Below are positions 24,081-35,900 of a stretch of 64,000 nucleotides of DNA, piece by piece. The DNA is taken from assembly GCA_964106645.2 (NCBI GenBank), contig OZ067038.1; one strand, written 5' to 3'. The position numbers and the translations under genes are program-made. Within the stretch, counting starts at the first letter, position 1; every line of letters starts with the position of its first letter. The notes beneath the pieces were generated by a model, which ran no database searches, was not told the DNA's origin, and saw only the letters and a list, made by a program, of their open reading frames with translations. The DNA is from Podarcis pityusensis. Lineage: Eukaryota.

Positions 24081-25399
24081 GGTTGGGCGACTTAGAAGAG
24101 CGGCAATATGCGAAGTCCTGCCCCCGCCCGCACATTTTGGGGCCAGCTGTTGGTTAGCGGGATGGAGCCGTCCAACGACCTCAGAAGCACAGGCTCATGT
24201 GGGGAAACCTCGTGATATGTGAAGGGCTTCCCTTCCAACCGGTCGGATATTCCTAGCAAAGCTGACAGTTCCAGACACAGCATATTCTCTCCTTCGACAT
24301 ATAAATTTTGTAGCTAATAACTGAAGAGAGATGAGCAGGGATGGAGGACTTGACCTCAGCCCGCCTGAAACTCTGAGGGAACCAGATAGCGCAGGCAGAC
24401 CAAGGCTTCCCAAGCCGCGGCCTGCTTCATTCAGGTGGTCCGCGAACCGCCCGTGGAATTGTGATCGAAATTGACAGGAGGCAGCGCATTAAGTACCCAC
24501 ATTGATTTTTAATTGCGTTTCGTGGCTTCTTGCGTTGCATTTCAGTTTGAATTGTGTGGGATTCAGCTTGTGAGAGGCAAAATAGAGATGCAGAAGAAAG
24601 CAAGAAAGCGATATACAATATTTAAAAGCATATACAATTGCTACAGCGGGCCAAAAAAACCATTCCGTGCTCCACCAGATCCCTCAGCAATTTATAATTT
24701 ACGCGAAGCTAGATGACGTTTGTGTAAGGCAGCGTCGTGTGTCCCTAAGAGCGCCAAGCAACCTCTGGGGATTTGAGCGGCCTCAGGAAGAGGGCATAGG
24801 ATTGCACCAGGAGCTGAGGGACAGATAACCCCCGGGAATAAGGGTTGCCTAAGGGCAAAGGAGATGGGGCTCCCGCGCCCTCGACAGGCGAGGGAATTGC
24901 AGCAGCTGCGACCGTGCGAGCGACACCGGAGGAAACTTCCGCTTCTGCAGTCATTAAAGGCGAAGGAGGAGCAACCGTATTCCGCAGCAGGTGTCAGCCC
25001 GGACCCACCAGCAATGAGCGGGATTTCCAAGCGAGACCCATCGCTTCCCACGCCACTTCGGGCTAAGCATCGCGTTGCAAGCTCAAAACCCGCTAGTTGC
25101 TGGCAGACACTGCGAAAAGTTTTCCTGGTCGCTCATATTTTAATGTCGTTCTCGGTGAAGAAAACAGTAACCCCAAGTCGGGCGACTTGACCGGGTTGGG
25201 TTTGATTTTTGCAAACGGAAGCAGGCGAGCGCGTGGCTTTGTTGGCGCGTTGTTGCTTATCTGCGGGAACATCTTCCGCCCTCCTTGCATTGTGGGCGCT
25301 GTAGTTCCGCGGTGCCTTGCCAAGCGCCGGGGCCTCGTCAGAACTACAGTCCCCAGTAGGCACCGGTCCCTCCCCGCCTCGCCTCTCTCCACGTGCGAG

Positions 25400-25562
25400 A
25401 GGCCGCGGGCGCCTGGGGGAGGGCTCTGCTGCGGGAGGCGCCTGCAGAGCTCCTTCCCCGCGCGGCGCTGTGAGGGTCGCGCGCTGCTCGGGGAGAGGAT
25501 GGCGGCGAGGTGCTGCTGGCGAGGCGCCTGAATCCGTGCACTGCGAGAGCAAGAGGCAAAAG
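25400..25562 (+). other. SLC19A1: SLC19A1 non-coding first exon (5' boundary approximate)
   Basis: GC-rich segment directly downstream of the promoter motifs, ending at donor aaaag|gtagga and followed by a G-rich intron start. Confidence 0.6.
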
Positions 25563-27915
25563 GTAGGAGAAGGGGCCGGGAGAGCCGGGGGGCGGCGGGC
25601 CTGGGGCGGGCGCAGGGACCAGCCTGGTTAGCCAGAGGGAAATGTTTGGGATGCCACCTGGGAGATGCAGGGTCACCAAGGGCTCTGTCCTGCAAAAAAC
25701 GCAAAACCCCCATGCTCCCTAACTAGGTTCGTCCTGGAAAGAGAAGGGGAACTTGTTGCTCCCACGCTTGCTGCAGTTTTTGATACTCTGTGCAAAGGAG
25801 CATAGGTCAGGTGTTTCGTCCACGTTGCTCCTGTGACAAATGTATGTTTTGACACCTGGGAAGCGGTGTATGGGGTAGTAAAACTTGTGGCGGCCACACC
25901 TCGCCGCGCGTTTGAGGGGGTGAGTTGTTTTTTTTTTAAAATTAATGTATGCATGCCTTTAAAACGTGTATGCCAGCCGCTCCTTTCCTCTGAAAAAGCT
26001 GAAGGTGGCTTATGACAAGGGGTGAAAGTAAACATAGGAGAACGAGATTACGAAAATCTCAGAATACAAAAGCAGATATGAAGCAGCAATTAAAGTAACT
26101 GGCCGCCTTCCACCTGTGGAAACAATTCCTTGCAACAAGTTAAAAGCAAAACACACACACACATTTCATGCTCCCAAAGCATTTCTAAACAGGAAGGTTT
26201 TAGTGGTAAAGTCTTTCTAAACAAGAAGGTGTTAGTAGTAAATAAATCCTGAAACGGTGCTTGTTTACAGTGCAATCCTAACAATGCTTAGAAGTAAATC
26301 CCATTGTGCTTACAAATAGGCTTCCTGGTTTTTAGGATGGCAGCTTTAAACTATGGAAGATCTGTAACCCATAGTAATATATACCAAACTCTGCTGTTAA
26401 GTGGGGAGCGGGGCTCATTTTTAATGACTGCGGCTGTGGAATACAGTACTGGTGTTCTCCTGATGAGCCTACAGACCATTATGTAGTCCTCCAGACCTAT
26501 GCTTTTTTTGACAATAATTGTTATAAAGTAATGTAGATGGTGATATATTTGGTCAGACTGGACCCCCCCCCCCCGCAGTTGGCACTCCCATACAACTACA
26601 ACTCCCAAAGCTAAATTAAAAAAATCCCTGTTCATTGGCCCCAAAATAGAGAACTCTTCTAGAGGTTTTTCATCTGAAGCTGGTTGACCACCTATTAGGG
26701 ATGCTCTAGCATGGGATTTTCTGCATTGAGAGGGTTGGGCTACATGACTTTTAGAAATTCAGCTCTCTGAATCTTGGCCTTTAATTGTACGTAGCAAGCA
26801 CAATGTACATTCCCCCTCTGCTGAAGAGAATGTGTGCGCACACAAGCAATTGTATGTAAATATTAGTAGGGTTAATTGCTGTAGTTCTCATGACCTGGTA
26901 GTGGAGCAGCCGTCTACTGCATTGGTGTTTATAACATTCCAAGGGAATAAGCTGTGCAATAAACCACATGTAACTAGCTGGCTGGCTTGCTTTACATATT
27001 TGGGTGAGAGCTGAATGTAATATTACAGCTGCTTAAACTACATCATAGAATACATTCAGAAAATCTCAGGCTGAGCAATTCTAACCAGGTAGATTCTGTT
27101 GCATGTCACCCCAATCTCCAAGCAAGATGAGATTCCAGGGGTACCAGGCACTCTTACCAGGGTCTGTGTTTCCTTTTGGGCAGTGAGACACAGTGGAGAT
27201 TGTGGTGTCTTTATGACAACCTCTATATACCCATATATATCTAACCCTTTATTGAATCCATATTTTTTAGGTGAGTCTTGGCCCCCCCAAAATTTATAGA
27301 AATATGTTAGTGTACCTCCTGTGTGAGATAAAACTGCAACCTAGCTGCTTTTCGCCAGGGTTTCTTTTGGGGGGGTGGGGGAGGTGGTGCACCTCAACTT
27401 CTCCCAGCCAGTTTATGTGGGGTTAGGATTACAAAAATGTTAGCAGGAGTTGGGAAACTTAATTTTTGAAGGGAATTAATGAAGTATCTTTATAGATATA
27501 GCTGAAAAAAGAGCGTAAGTGGGGTGGGGGTGGGGCAGATAAAAGAAACCATCAAAACAAAAAACCTATAGGGGGAAAATCCAGAAGGAGCAAAACAAAA
27601 CCACATAGTAGCGGGGTCAAGGTATTTTCAAATGAGAATGGAAAAACAATGGCAGATAAAATTGATCTCCTGGAGCAGGGAGTTCTGCATCTTGGCCACC
27701 ACCAAAGGGAAGGTCTGTTCCCTTTTACATGCCAACCATACTTCTAATGGTGGTGAGATACACAGGAAAGTTTTTTACTCAGGCCTAAGTGGATGGCAGA
27801 GTATGGTATTTTGCAGTAAAACCATTTATGTTCCATCCAGCACTTTGAATTTGACCCAGAAACAAATGGGCAACCAACACAGCTGATGTAAGAGAGGAGC
27901 CATGGGGGGGGGGGG

Positions 27916-28363
27916 AGAAGGGTTTACTGAAATTCACAAGCTTACACTATGACCAGTAGAAGTTGGCATAGCCGTGCCATAGCAGTTGTCAGTATAGCAG
28001 AACAATAGGCTTGTCCCACCTAATTGTAAAATAAAACGTTATTATGGTATGCGTGCACTATTCCTTTTATTAACTTGTAGGAATGATAATGCTCAGACCT
28101 TTAATAACCTTTGATCAAGAATGGTAGTTTTTTTTCATTTCCTTTTATTTCAGGACTATGCATGTGTCGCAGTGGTGTTGTTTTTTTAAATAGTTGCTTA
28201 TTGAAAGTGATGGTGCTGACTCAAATGAGCATGCAATGGCATGACTCTGCAGACTTTACTCCCCAGTGTTTCAAAGATCAAATAAGGTAACAGCTTGCTA
28301 TCTTCTTTTACAGAAGGGTTTACTGAAATTCACAAGCTTACACTGTGACCAGTAGAAGTTGGC
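27916..28363 (+). repeat. 52-bp direct repeat pair (27916-27967 and 28312-28363)
   Basis: AGAAGGGTTTACTGAAATTCACAAGCTTACACT(A/G)TGACCAGTAGAAGTTGGC occurs twice with one mismatch. Confidence 0.95.
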
Positions 28364-28863
28364 CCAATAAAATATAGACCTTTTAAGTTTCTGTGGAGTT
28401 CTGGGTTTTTTTTTTTTATTTAATTGTAAAATGTGCCTTATTGGAGTTTTACTTTTATTTAATATTTTGGTTTTCTTTTGTCAGTTTTTAATGCCATTTT
28501 TACTAGCTGCTGGAGTCTCAGCAAGTGCCCTACCATGAAACTTTATTAGCAATGCAGTTGTTTGTGCGTTTAGTCAGAAATACATCCCACTATGTTCATT
28601 TGGACTTGCTTGTGGGTGAGTATGCATAGGGTTGCAGCTTAGACTCATTAAATTGAGACAATACTGTAAATGCCCTCTCAAACACCATGCTAGTATTACA
28701 TGTTCACTACATTGCGTTGTGTCAGCGTTCTAACATGTAGTGCTTAATTTTTTTAAAAAGACAGCGTCTTATCACTTGGACACAGACACAGCCAAATTGG
28801 GAACCTCCTGGCTTCCTTGGCTATTACATCTCTGTATGTAAGATATTGATGGTGTGTGTGCGT

Positions 28864-29060
28864 CTTTCTGCGGCACCCCTGTGGAGCCCAGTTATGTCAC
28901 CCCTTGCCTGCAGAACTGGCAGCCTCTCAACCTTTTTCCGAACATCCTCCCTTGGGAGTCTTCCCTCAGCCTCTTCTCCTCTCCCCTCTCCTTGGAAGGC
29001 CTCTGGGCAGCTGCTCCTGCCTCCCTTGGCACCTGAGCGGCCTGCCCACCCACCGAAAAC
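28864..29060 (-). mobile_element. internal fragment of the 13772-14265 hAT family, inverted
   Basis: Reverse complement matches about 14030-14215 (GAGGGAAGACTCC...GCAGGCAAGGGGTGACATAACT...GGGGTGCCGCAGAAAGA). No TIRs seen. Confidence 0.75.
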
Positions 29061-29502
29061 TGCTCAGGAGGGTCAGCTAGCAGGGGTGGAGAGAGAGAGA
29101 AGGGAGATGCTTGGACAATCACATTAGCATGACATTTAATTCCACCCATTGCATTAATCAGTGGGTGACCAAGTTCCACTGGGACTTGCCCACCCTGCTC
29201 CCAGGAAGAACATCACAGTGAGGGGGAGACCAGCCTGGCACCATCTGCTTGCTGGCCAAGGAAGGAGCAGCTGCAATAGGTTTTTCCCCTTGCCTCCCTG
29301 GCAGAAAGAGCCTTTGCTACAAATGCTAGTTGCCTTGCAAGGGTAAAGGATACCTGCGACCCATCTATTGGTCAGAGGCACAAGAGCCACCAGTTGCTAT
29401 TAAGGCAAGAACTCCTGCAGGGGAATGTCATCCTGGGATTGAGAGCTGGATACAAATGCCCACTTCTAGCTCACGACTTTATTGTGGCCGATAGAAAGGA
29501 GA

Positions 29503-29556
29503 TCTCTCCCTCTCCCTCTCCCTCTCCCTCTCCCTCTCCCTCTCCCTCTCCCTCTC
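29503..29556 (+). repeat. (CCCTCT)n hexamer repeat
   Basis: Read directly. Confidence 0.95.
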
Positions 29557-31659
29557 TTTCTTCCTTCCATTTCCCTTTGCTCATTTGATTGTTTAGTTTG
29601 TAAGGCTGATCTTTCATTTCTTTAATTGATGTAAGTTGCTTTGGAAGGCAATAACTGTCAAAAATTAGTACATTATAAGAAACTAAAGATTGAAAATTGA
29701 ATGTTTAATGAGCTAAATGTGAACCTGTTGATCCTGAAAGCCAAGAGGAGGTAATACCAGCTGATCAATTATAGGGGGTTGCCTATAACCAGTGGGCCTG
29801 TGGGCCAGATTTTTCTCAGCATAGTGTTTCAGAACACAACAGCTGTCATAGAAGTTCAGTATCCTTTGAATAATAAGGATGTTAAAACAGCCTGAATGTG
29901 ATGTTGCGGGGGGGGGGGTTGCTAGTAGAAACTAGCAAATATTATTTATTTAAGTTTTTTATGTCCCATTTCCCCCATTTTACTGGTGAAAGCCAGCTTG
30001 CAAATAAGGTAGGGTTGCCATATTTCAAAAAGTGAAAATCCGGACAGAAAAGTTGTGGTGTTGTTGTTGTTTTGCCCAAAGTTGTTGAGTGTTTGGCAAC
30101 TGTAAATAAGGACAATATCCATATTACAATTGGAGGAAGAAAAGCATCAAATATTGTAAAACTACAACGACAACCCCACCCTAAAGCAGCAGAAGAAATT
30201 CTCCTGAAGAAGTGTAGGAGAATAGCAGCAACTCCACCGGAGTGAGTGATATTGATTAGACACCAGGCAGGCATCTCTGGAGAGCGTGTTCCAAAGGTGT
30301 TGAGCCACCAGGAAGAAGGTCCCGTCTCTGGTACTTCCATCTGCTTCGTTGATGATTGTTCACTGGGCGGGGGGGTGTATGGAGTTGTTGCAGAGAGAAC
30401 AACTTAGAGAAGGGTGTCTTATGTTAGTCTAAATGATTGAATGTGCACATATGAGAGATGCTGGACTTGTGGATAGGCTGGCCCCAGGCATGTGGGATTT
30501 TATGGACTGCCCCAAACCAGCACTTTGGCCAGTTTGGTTCAGTGCAAATTGTGGGAACATTGGAAGCTGCCTTATACTCAATCAGACCATCGGTCCATCC
30601 AGCTCAGTTGCATTGTCTTCCTTGTCTGATGATGGCTGTCCAGGGTTTTCAGGTCTCTCTTACAGTTCCGGCATAGTATGCTCATATATATCTATATATA
30701 TCTATACACATACACTTTATCTGGCCTTTATACTGTATCTCAGGGTGGGTAACAGTAATTCAGGAAAACAACCAAAACAGAATGAGGCCATAAAACACAT
30801 ACATAAGATCATTCATTTCCACACTGCTGAATGAATTCCAGTCATGTATCAAATGCTTGCATGGCCAGCCATGTTTCATTGCACTGAAGCCCCCCGTTCA
30901 GAGCCTCTTCACAACCACTTGAACCAGCTGAAAAACCCAATTGGTCTTGAAAAGTAATTTCATGTATGATGCATTCCAGTCTAACCTGGTTAGTAGTTAA
31001 TCATAAGTATTAACCACTGTTATTGCCACTTATTCCTTATTCAGAGCCTGTGTGTTACAGCAGCGGCAGTGTTAGATTTGTATGGCTGGCAAACTTGGTT
31101 CTTATCCTTGCTCAGTTACGATGTGACCAAGGTGTCCTTTGGGTATTTCTCAGCCCACCTACCTCGCAGGGCTGTTGTGAGCCTTAAAGAAACCTCTGTT
31201 CTAAGCTGCTTGGAGTAAAAGAGTAGAAAACAAGAGGGATGATGCCAGTATTTACCGTTCATTGCTTCCAAATGTATCAGTCCAGCTGAATAAACTCTGC
31301 TTCAGCATTTCTTGGTTTTTTGAAGTTCTAATCTGGCAGCCTTCAAGCATTCAGTTGAAATGGTCACAGGCACCATGTGGAAGTGGACTTAAAAGGCATT
31401 GCAGTGGCAGCAGGGGGGCGGGAACCAGAGTGTTGTTTGTTCTCTTAGATTTGTAGCTACAAAATTAACTAAATTCCTAGCCAGATGATGGGGGTATTAG
31501 TTTGCAGTGTTCCAACTAGGAAATTTGACGTGGTGCCAAACTCTCCTTTTTCTGCAGACACACCTATGCGTGCTGGAGGCTTTTCTGTGGCCAAGGGACA
31601 GGGATGCTGTGAAAAGAGCTCCTCTCTCCTACAACTGATTGAGACAACGTGGGCGAGCC

Positions 31660-31836
31660 ATGTCTGCTGAGGCCGAAAACCCCGAAAAGCAACCCCCCGA
31701 CCCACCCCCGGACCCACGCTGGAAGCTCCTTGTGTTCTACCTCTGTTTCTATGGCTTCATGAACCAGATCAGACCTGGAGAGAGCTTCATCACCCCCTAC
31801 CTGTTGGGGTCGGAGAAGAACTTCACAAAGGAAGAG
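31660..31836 (+). CDS. SLC19A1: SLC19A1 coding exon 1 (exon begins at 31558)
   Basis: Acceptor tttttctgcag| at 31557, GCCATG start, MSAEAENPEKQ...NFTKEE|gtgagc. Confidence 0.95.
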
Positions 31837-32935
31837 GTGAGCTCAGAGGAGAGTTGCAGAAGGCCAAAGGGAGCCCTGGCGCATGAACGGAGCAAGTTTT
31901 CCTGAGTAGCTCCTGGTCTGGGGCAGTAGGCTAGGGATGGCTGCTTCTCCATCCCCATAACCTTCCTGTGTGTGCTGGTGGGAAAATTGAGAGGTGGAAG
32001 TGGATCAGTGGGTGGCCCATGGGGAGGAGAGGGGTGGCTGGGATGTGCAGAAGACAGGTGGGCATAGGCCTCCTGCCGTGCAGCTACACATTAGGAGACA
32101 CGTCCAAACATTGAGGGCTTATCCACACTTACCTTTCCCCAGCTCTTTCCAGCCACGGCCTGCGATTTAAAGCTCTGTGTCAGAGCACTTTTTTCCTTCT
32201 TCATAGCTTTCCCCATGGAAACCTGCTCTTTAAAGCTCTATTGGAGCAAACAGCAATTGGAGGAAAACCCAAATAGACGTTTACTCCAATTCAGCTTTAA
32301 AGAGCAGGTTTTTGCAGTGAAAGCTTGGGGCAAAACAACAAAAGGTCAGTGTGGATAAGCCCTGAGCTATCAGCAGCACAGACTGGCTTGGGAGATGGTG
32401 GGCTCTCGTTTGCTTGAGGTATTTAAGCAGAGGCTGGATGACCAGCTCAGGGATGTTGAGGCTGCATCCTGCATTGTAGAGCCTACGCTTAGTAGAGTGT
32501 CTGACAAAGTAACCTTCACTGTCCTTTCCAGTACCGTAATTCTGTGATTCTGGACATGAAAGGTAGTGAGAGAAGAGGCTTGTGCTGAGCCAGTGCCAGC
32601 GTGTGCAGCCCTTGCCATGCAGCATTGCATGCCCGATGGGAAATGGATTGTGCTTCACGTAGTTAATAAAGTAATGAAAATCACTGGGAAAGTGTTTTAT
32701 CATTTGGTCACAGTGCTGCAGGGTGCCAATGTGCTTCTTTTTTTCATTAAATGCAACCAAAAAGAACTTCATCCTGTTGCCTGCTTACCTGTTGCCTGTT
32801 TAACAGGTTGAGTTTGTAAGTGAATTGTTCAGCTGGGTTAGCTAAGTAAGCATCTGAATTGTCTGTTCACTGTGAACTGTTGTAACAATGTAAGATCTTT
32901 TTGCCCAGGAAGGAAGCAACGTGTTGAAATGCATT

Positions 32936-32984
<49 letters not shown>

Positions 32985-35900
32985 AAATGCTGCATTGTTT
33001 TAAGATTCCCCCTTTGTTGGTCCTTTTCCCGTTCATTCCATCCATCCTTAGTTTTTTTCTTTGCTTTGGATCTAGCACTTTTGGAGGCTGGGTACCTGTG
33101 GGATATGTGACACAGCGTTCCTTCCTGCTGGCAGATGGCATCAAAGTGTATCTTTGCCCCTAACTTCAACTAAGGAATTACTCAGCAACTTCAATTTCAA
33201 CCATGGCCCCCATTTCTTCCACAATCTGCTCCTGGCTATTCTCTAGTAGTTTCAGCAACAAGTGGTGCTCTCTGCCAGGAGACAGAGGGCATCTTGGGAG
33301 AGTGCAGCGATAATGAAAAGGAGGAGGGCAGTGAAGTGGTATAAATTGCAGGGCATGTGGATGGCCCTGATTCTCATAAATCTAGTGAAAGCTCTTGCAC
33401 ATCTTATCCAGCTCTCATTGACTTGCTTTGGACACCACACCAAACCATGTTTTCGACACAGTTAGGAACTCAAGCACTCCCTGATCCCATTCATGGCAAT
33501 TCCCTGCCTCTTTTTCCTGGTTTGAGGAGAGCCATTTAATCCCACCTGGCAAACTGGTTTTCAATCCCAGGGCGAGCTCATACCATAGATGAGTTTTTGG
33601 ACTAAATGGTGCAAACTACTGTATGCTCTGAACCAGAGTAGGAGGCAGGGGGTCACCATGCAGAACTGGAGGAGAAGGAGGGAGTATGTTAGCACAAGAC
33701 TCCTGGGACCTCATTCACAATAGGGCAAGCTACCATTTGGCATTACCTCTGAACTGCCCCAATTCTCTGGCTTGATACCTTGGTTGGTAGCCTTGATCTG
33801 TCAATAAAACCTCAAGCTTCCAAGACATGCAAACATTTGCTCCTTATCTAGAAGTAACAGGCTAAGGTGCAGGGTTGTTAACTGAAGCTTCTCTCTGAGA
33901 TAGTGAAAATAAAAAAATCCTTCCAGTAGCACCTTTAAGACCAACTAAGTTAGTTCTTGGTATGAGCTTTCGTGTGCAAGCACACTTCTTCAGATACACG
34001 CAAGTGTGCTTGCACACGAAAGCTCATACCAAGAACTAACTTAGTTGGTCTTAAAGGTGCTACTGGAAGGATTTTTTTATTTTGACTATGGCAGACCAAC
34101 ACGGCTACCTATCTGTATCTGAGATAGTGAAGCACTGTTGACCTGTTACTTCCAGTAAGTAAACATTGGGACTGTCCAGGGCTCATGAATAGAGCCAAAC
34201 CTCCTTGTGTGTGTGACTTGAACAGAATTTCAGGGAGAGGGTTCCACAGCAAGGAAGTATACGTTTCTGCTCAAAGGAGATGGGGGTACTGCCATTCTTC
34301 CTCAAGTGACTTTTGAGGATGAATACACCCTGGGGACTTTATTCCACTCAGTTACAATTACAGTCAGAACTATCATTTTTGCTGGAGGATAATTGGTGCG
34401 TGTGGACTGTGGAGGTGGTGAAGAGAGGGGAGATTTGAGGGTGTGATTTACAAAGTAAAGAACTGAACATTACCAGGTAGTAAATGCCTAACAAGGAATC
34501 AAACTGAGTATTAGAACATTAATTTGATATAAACGTTTTAGTATTTGCTTTTTCTACTGATGTCTCATTTAAAAACGACAAATGGATCTAATCACAGATT
34601 TCAATATTACAAAAAGCCACATGCTGAAATCATTATCTTGGGAATCATCCTATTGCGCAAAAGAAAAATAGCAAGTATTTCTGAGTCTCGTCAGTTTTCA
34701 GCAGAGAGTTCACCATATGTTTGAGTCTTTTCCATTCAAATCATTGGGATTTTTAAAATCAGATCATGCCCCAACCTTCTTAGGCCCACATAAAAAATTG
34801 CAAATTTAATAAATTGCCATTGGCACCACAGAATTCCAGTTTCACGGAAGAAAAATGGGCAAAGCTTGTGCATCCCCCCCCCAAAAAATACAATAGGCAA
34901 AGCAGCTGCAGAAACTCCAAAGCAGGCAAAAAAAAAAAAAAAAAAAAGCAGGCAACACCTCCCAAATATAGGCAAAATCCACATACCCCAAACAAATGAA
35001 AAGTGGACAAAACATCTCTCAAACACTTCCCCCCTCCAAAAAAAATCAGTTAAAGCACACAACCAAACCAAAGATCATGCCAAACACCCCCTACGTCATG
35101 CACAGAGGCATTCTGGGGACATTTAAGTCAGAAGGTGAAGTGTCTAGATGGCCTGCAAAGTGCTTTCCACTTTCGCTCAGTGCCACTTTCGCTCATGTGG
35201 AAAATAATTATCCTCAAATTGAAAAACTGAAAAGGGTGAGAATCTTGGTGGGTACCAAGGGAGTTTTGAGAGTGCCGTGGTGCTTATGGGAGGACGCCAA
35301 CCCTAATGCATTGGAAGACCCACTGCCATGACAGATACAGAAATACAGATCATACTCAGGGAAGGCTGAAGTTCCCCCTGCTTAATTTAATGCTACACTC
35401 AGTTTCAATTGTTCGTTTTGTACAGTTGCAATTTTAGTACTATTATTTTCCCTTGGTCTTTCCAAATAATGATATAAAAATGTCTGTGCTGGTGACCTCC
35501 CACATTTTTCAAAGAGTAAATATTCTAAACTTATTGTAAACTTACATTTTTTATTATTTTTTTGTTCATGTTTTGGACATAATAAATGAATTAAAAATGC
35601 TTTCAGTTGGCTAATCTGTCCACTAGCCAACAGCGCTTCTGCTTTTTTTTTTTAAATCTAGCAATTAAAAAAGCACCCTTCACAAAGGTTGTATGAATTT
35701 CTCTGTTATTGGCTTTAAGGGGGAGGGGAGAAGTCTGTATTCCACCCCCCCTCCAATTCTGAGAACTCTGAACTGCCTTACAGAATATGCGTTGGGATTG
35801 CAACAGCCTTGCTGAACTTAACTCTCTGACCTGCTAACCTAATTTCCTTGTGGTTTATGTTTAAACCATCTATCTCTCCCTTTAGCAATGAATAATTTCT

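Larger units (their letters stand above)
24061..25650 (+). promoter_or_regulatory. SLC19A1: CpG-island promoter of SLC19A1
   Basis: Sharp rise in CpG and GC content. Two ZNF143/THAP11-type ACTACAnnnCCCA motifs (25286-25307 minus, 25341-25362 plus), E-box CACGTG at 25390-25395, ETS-type CGGAAG sites, GC boxes, and a donor AAG|gtagga at 25562. Confidence 0.85.

Noticed and set aside
25093-25713. Several long overlapping ORFs (up to 206 aa) on both strands
   Set aside because: Low-complexity R/A/P/G translations caused by stop-codon scarcity in the CpG island; no domain similarity recognised.
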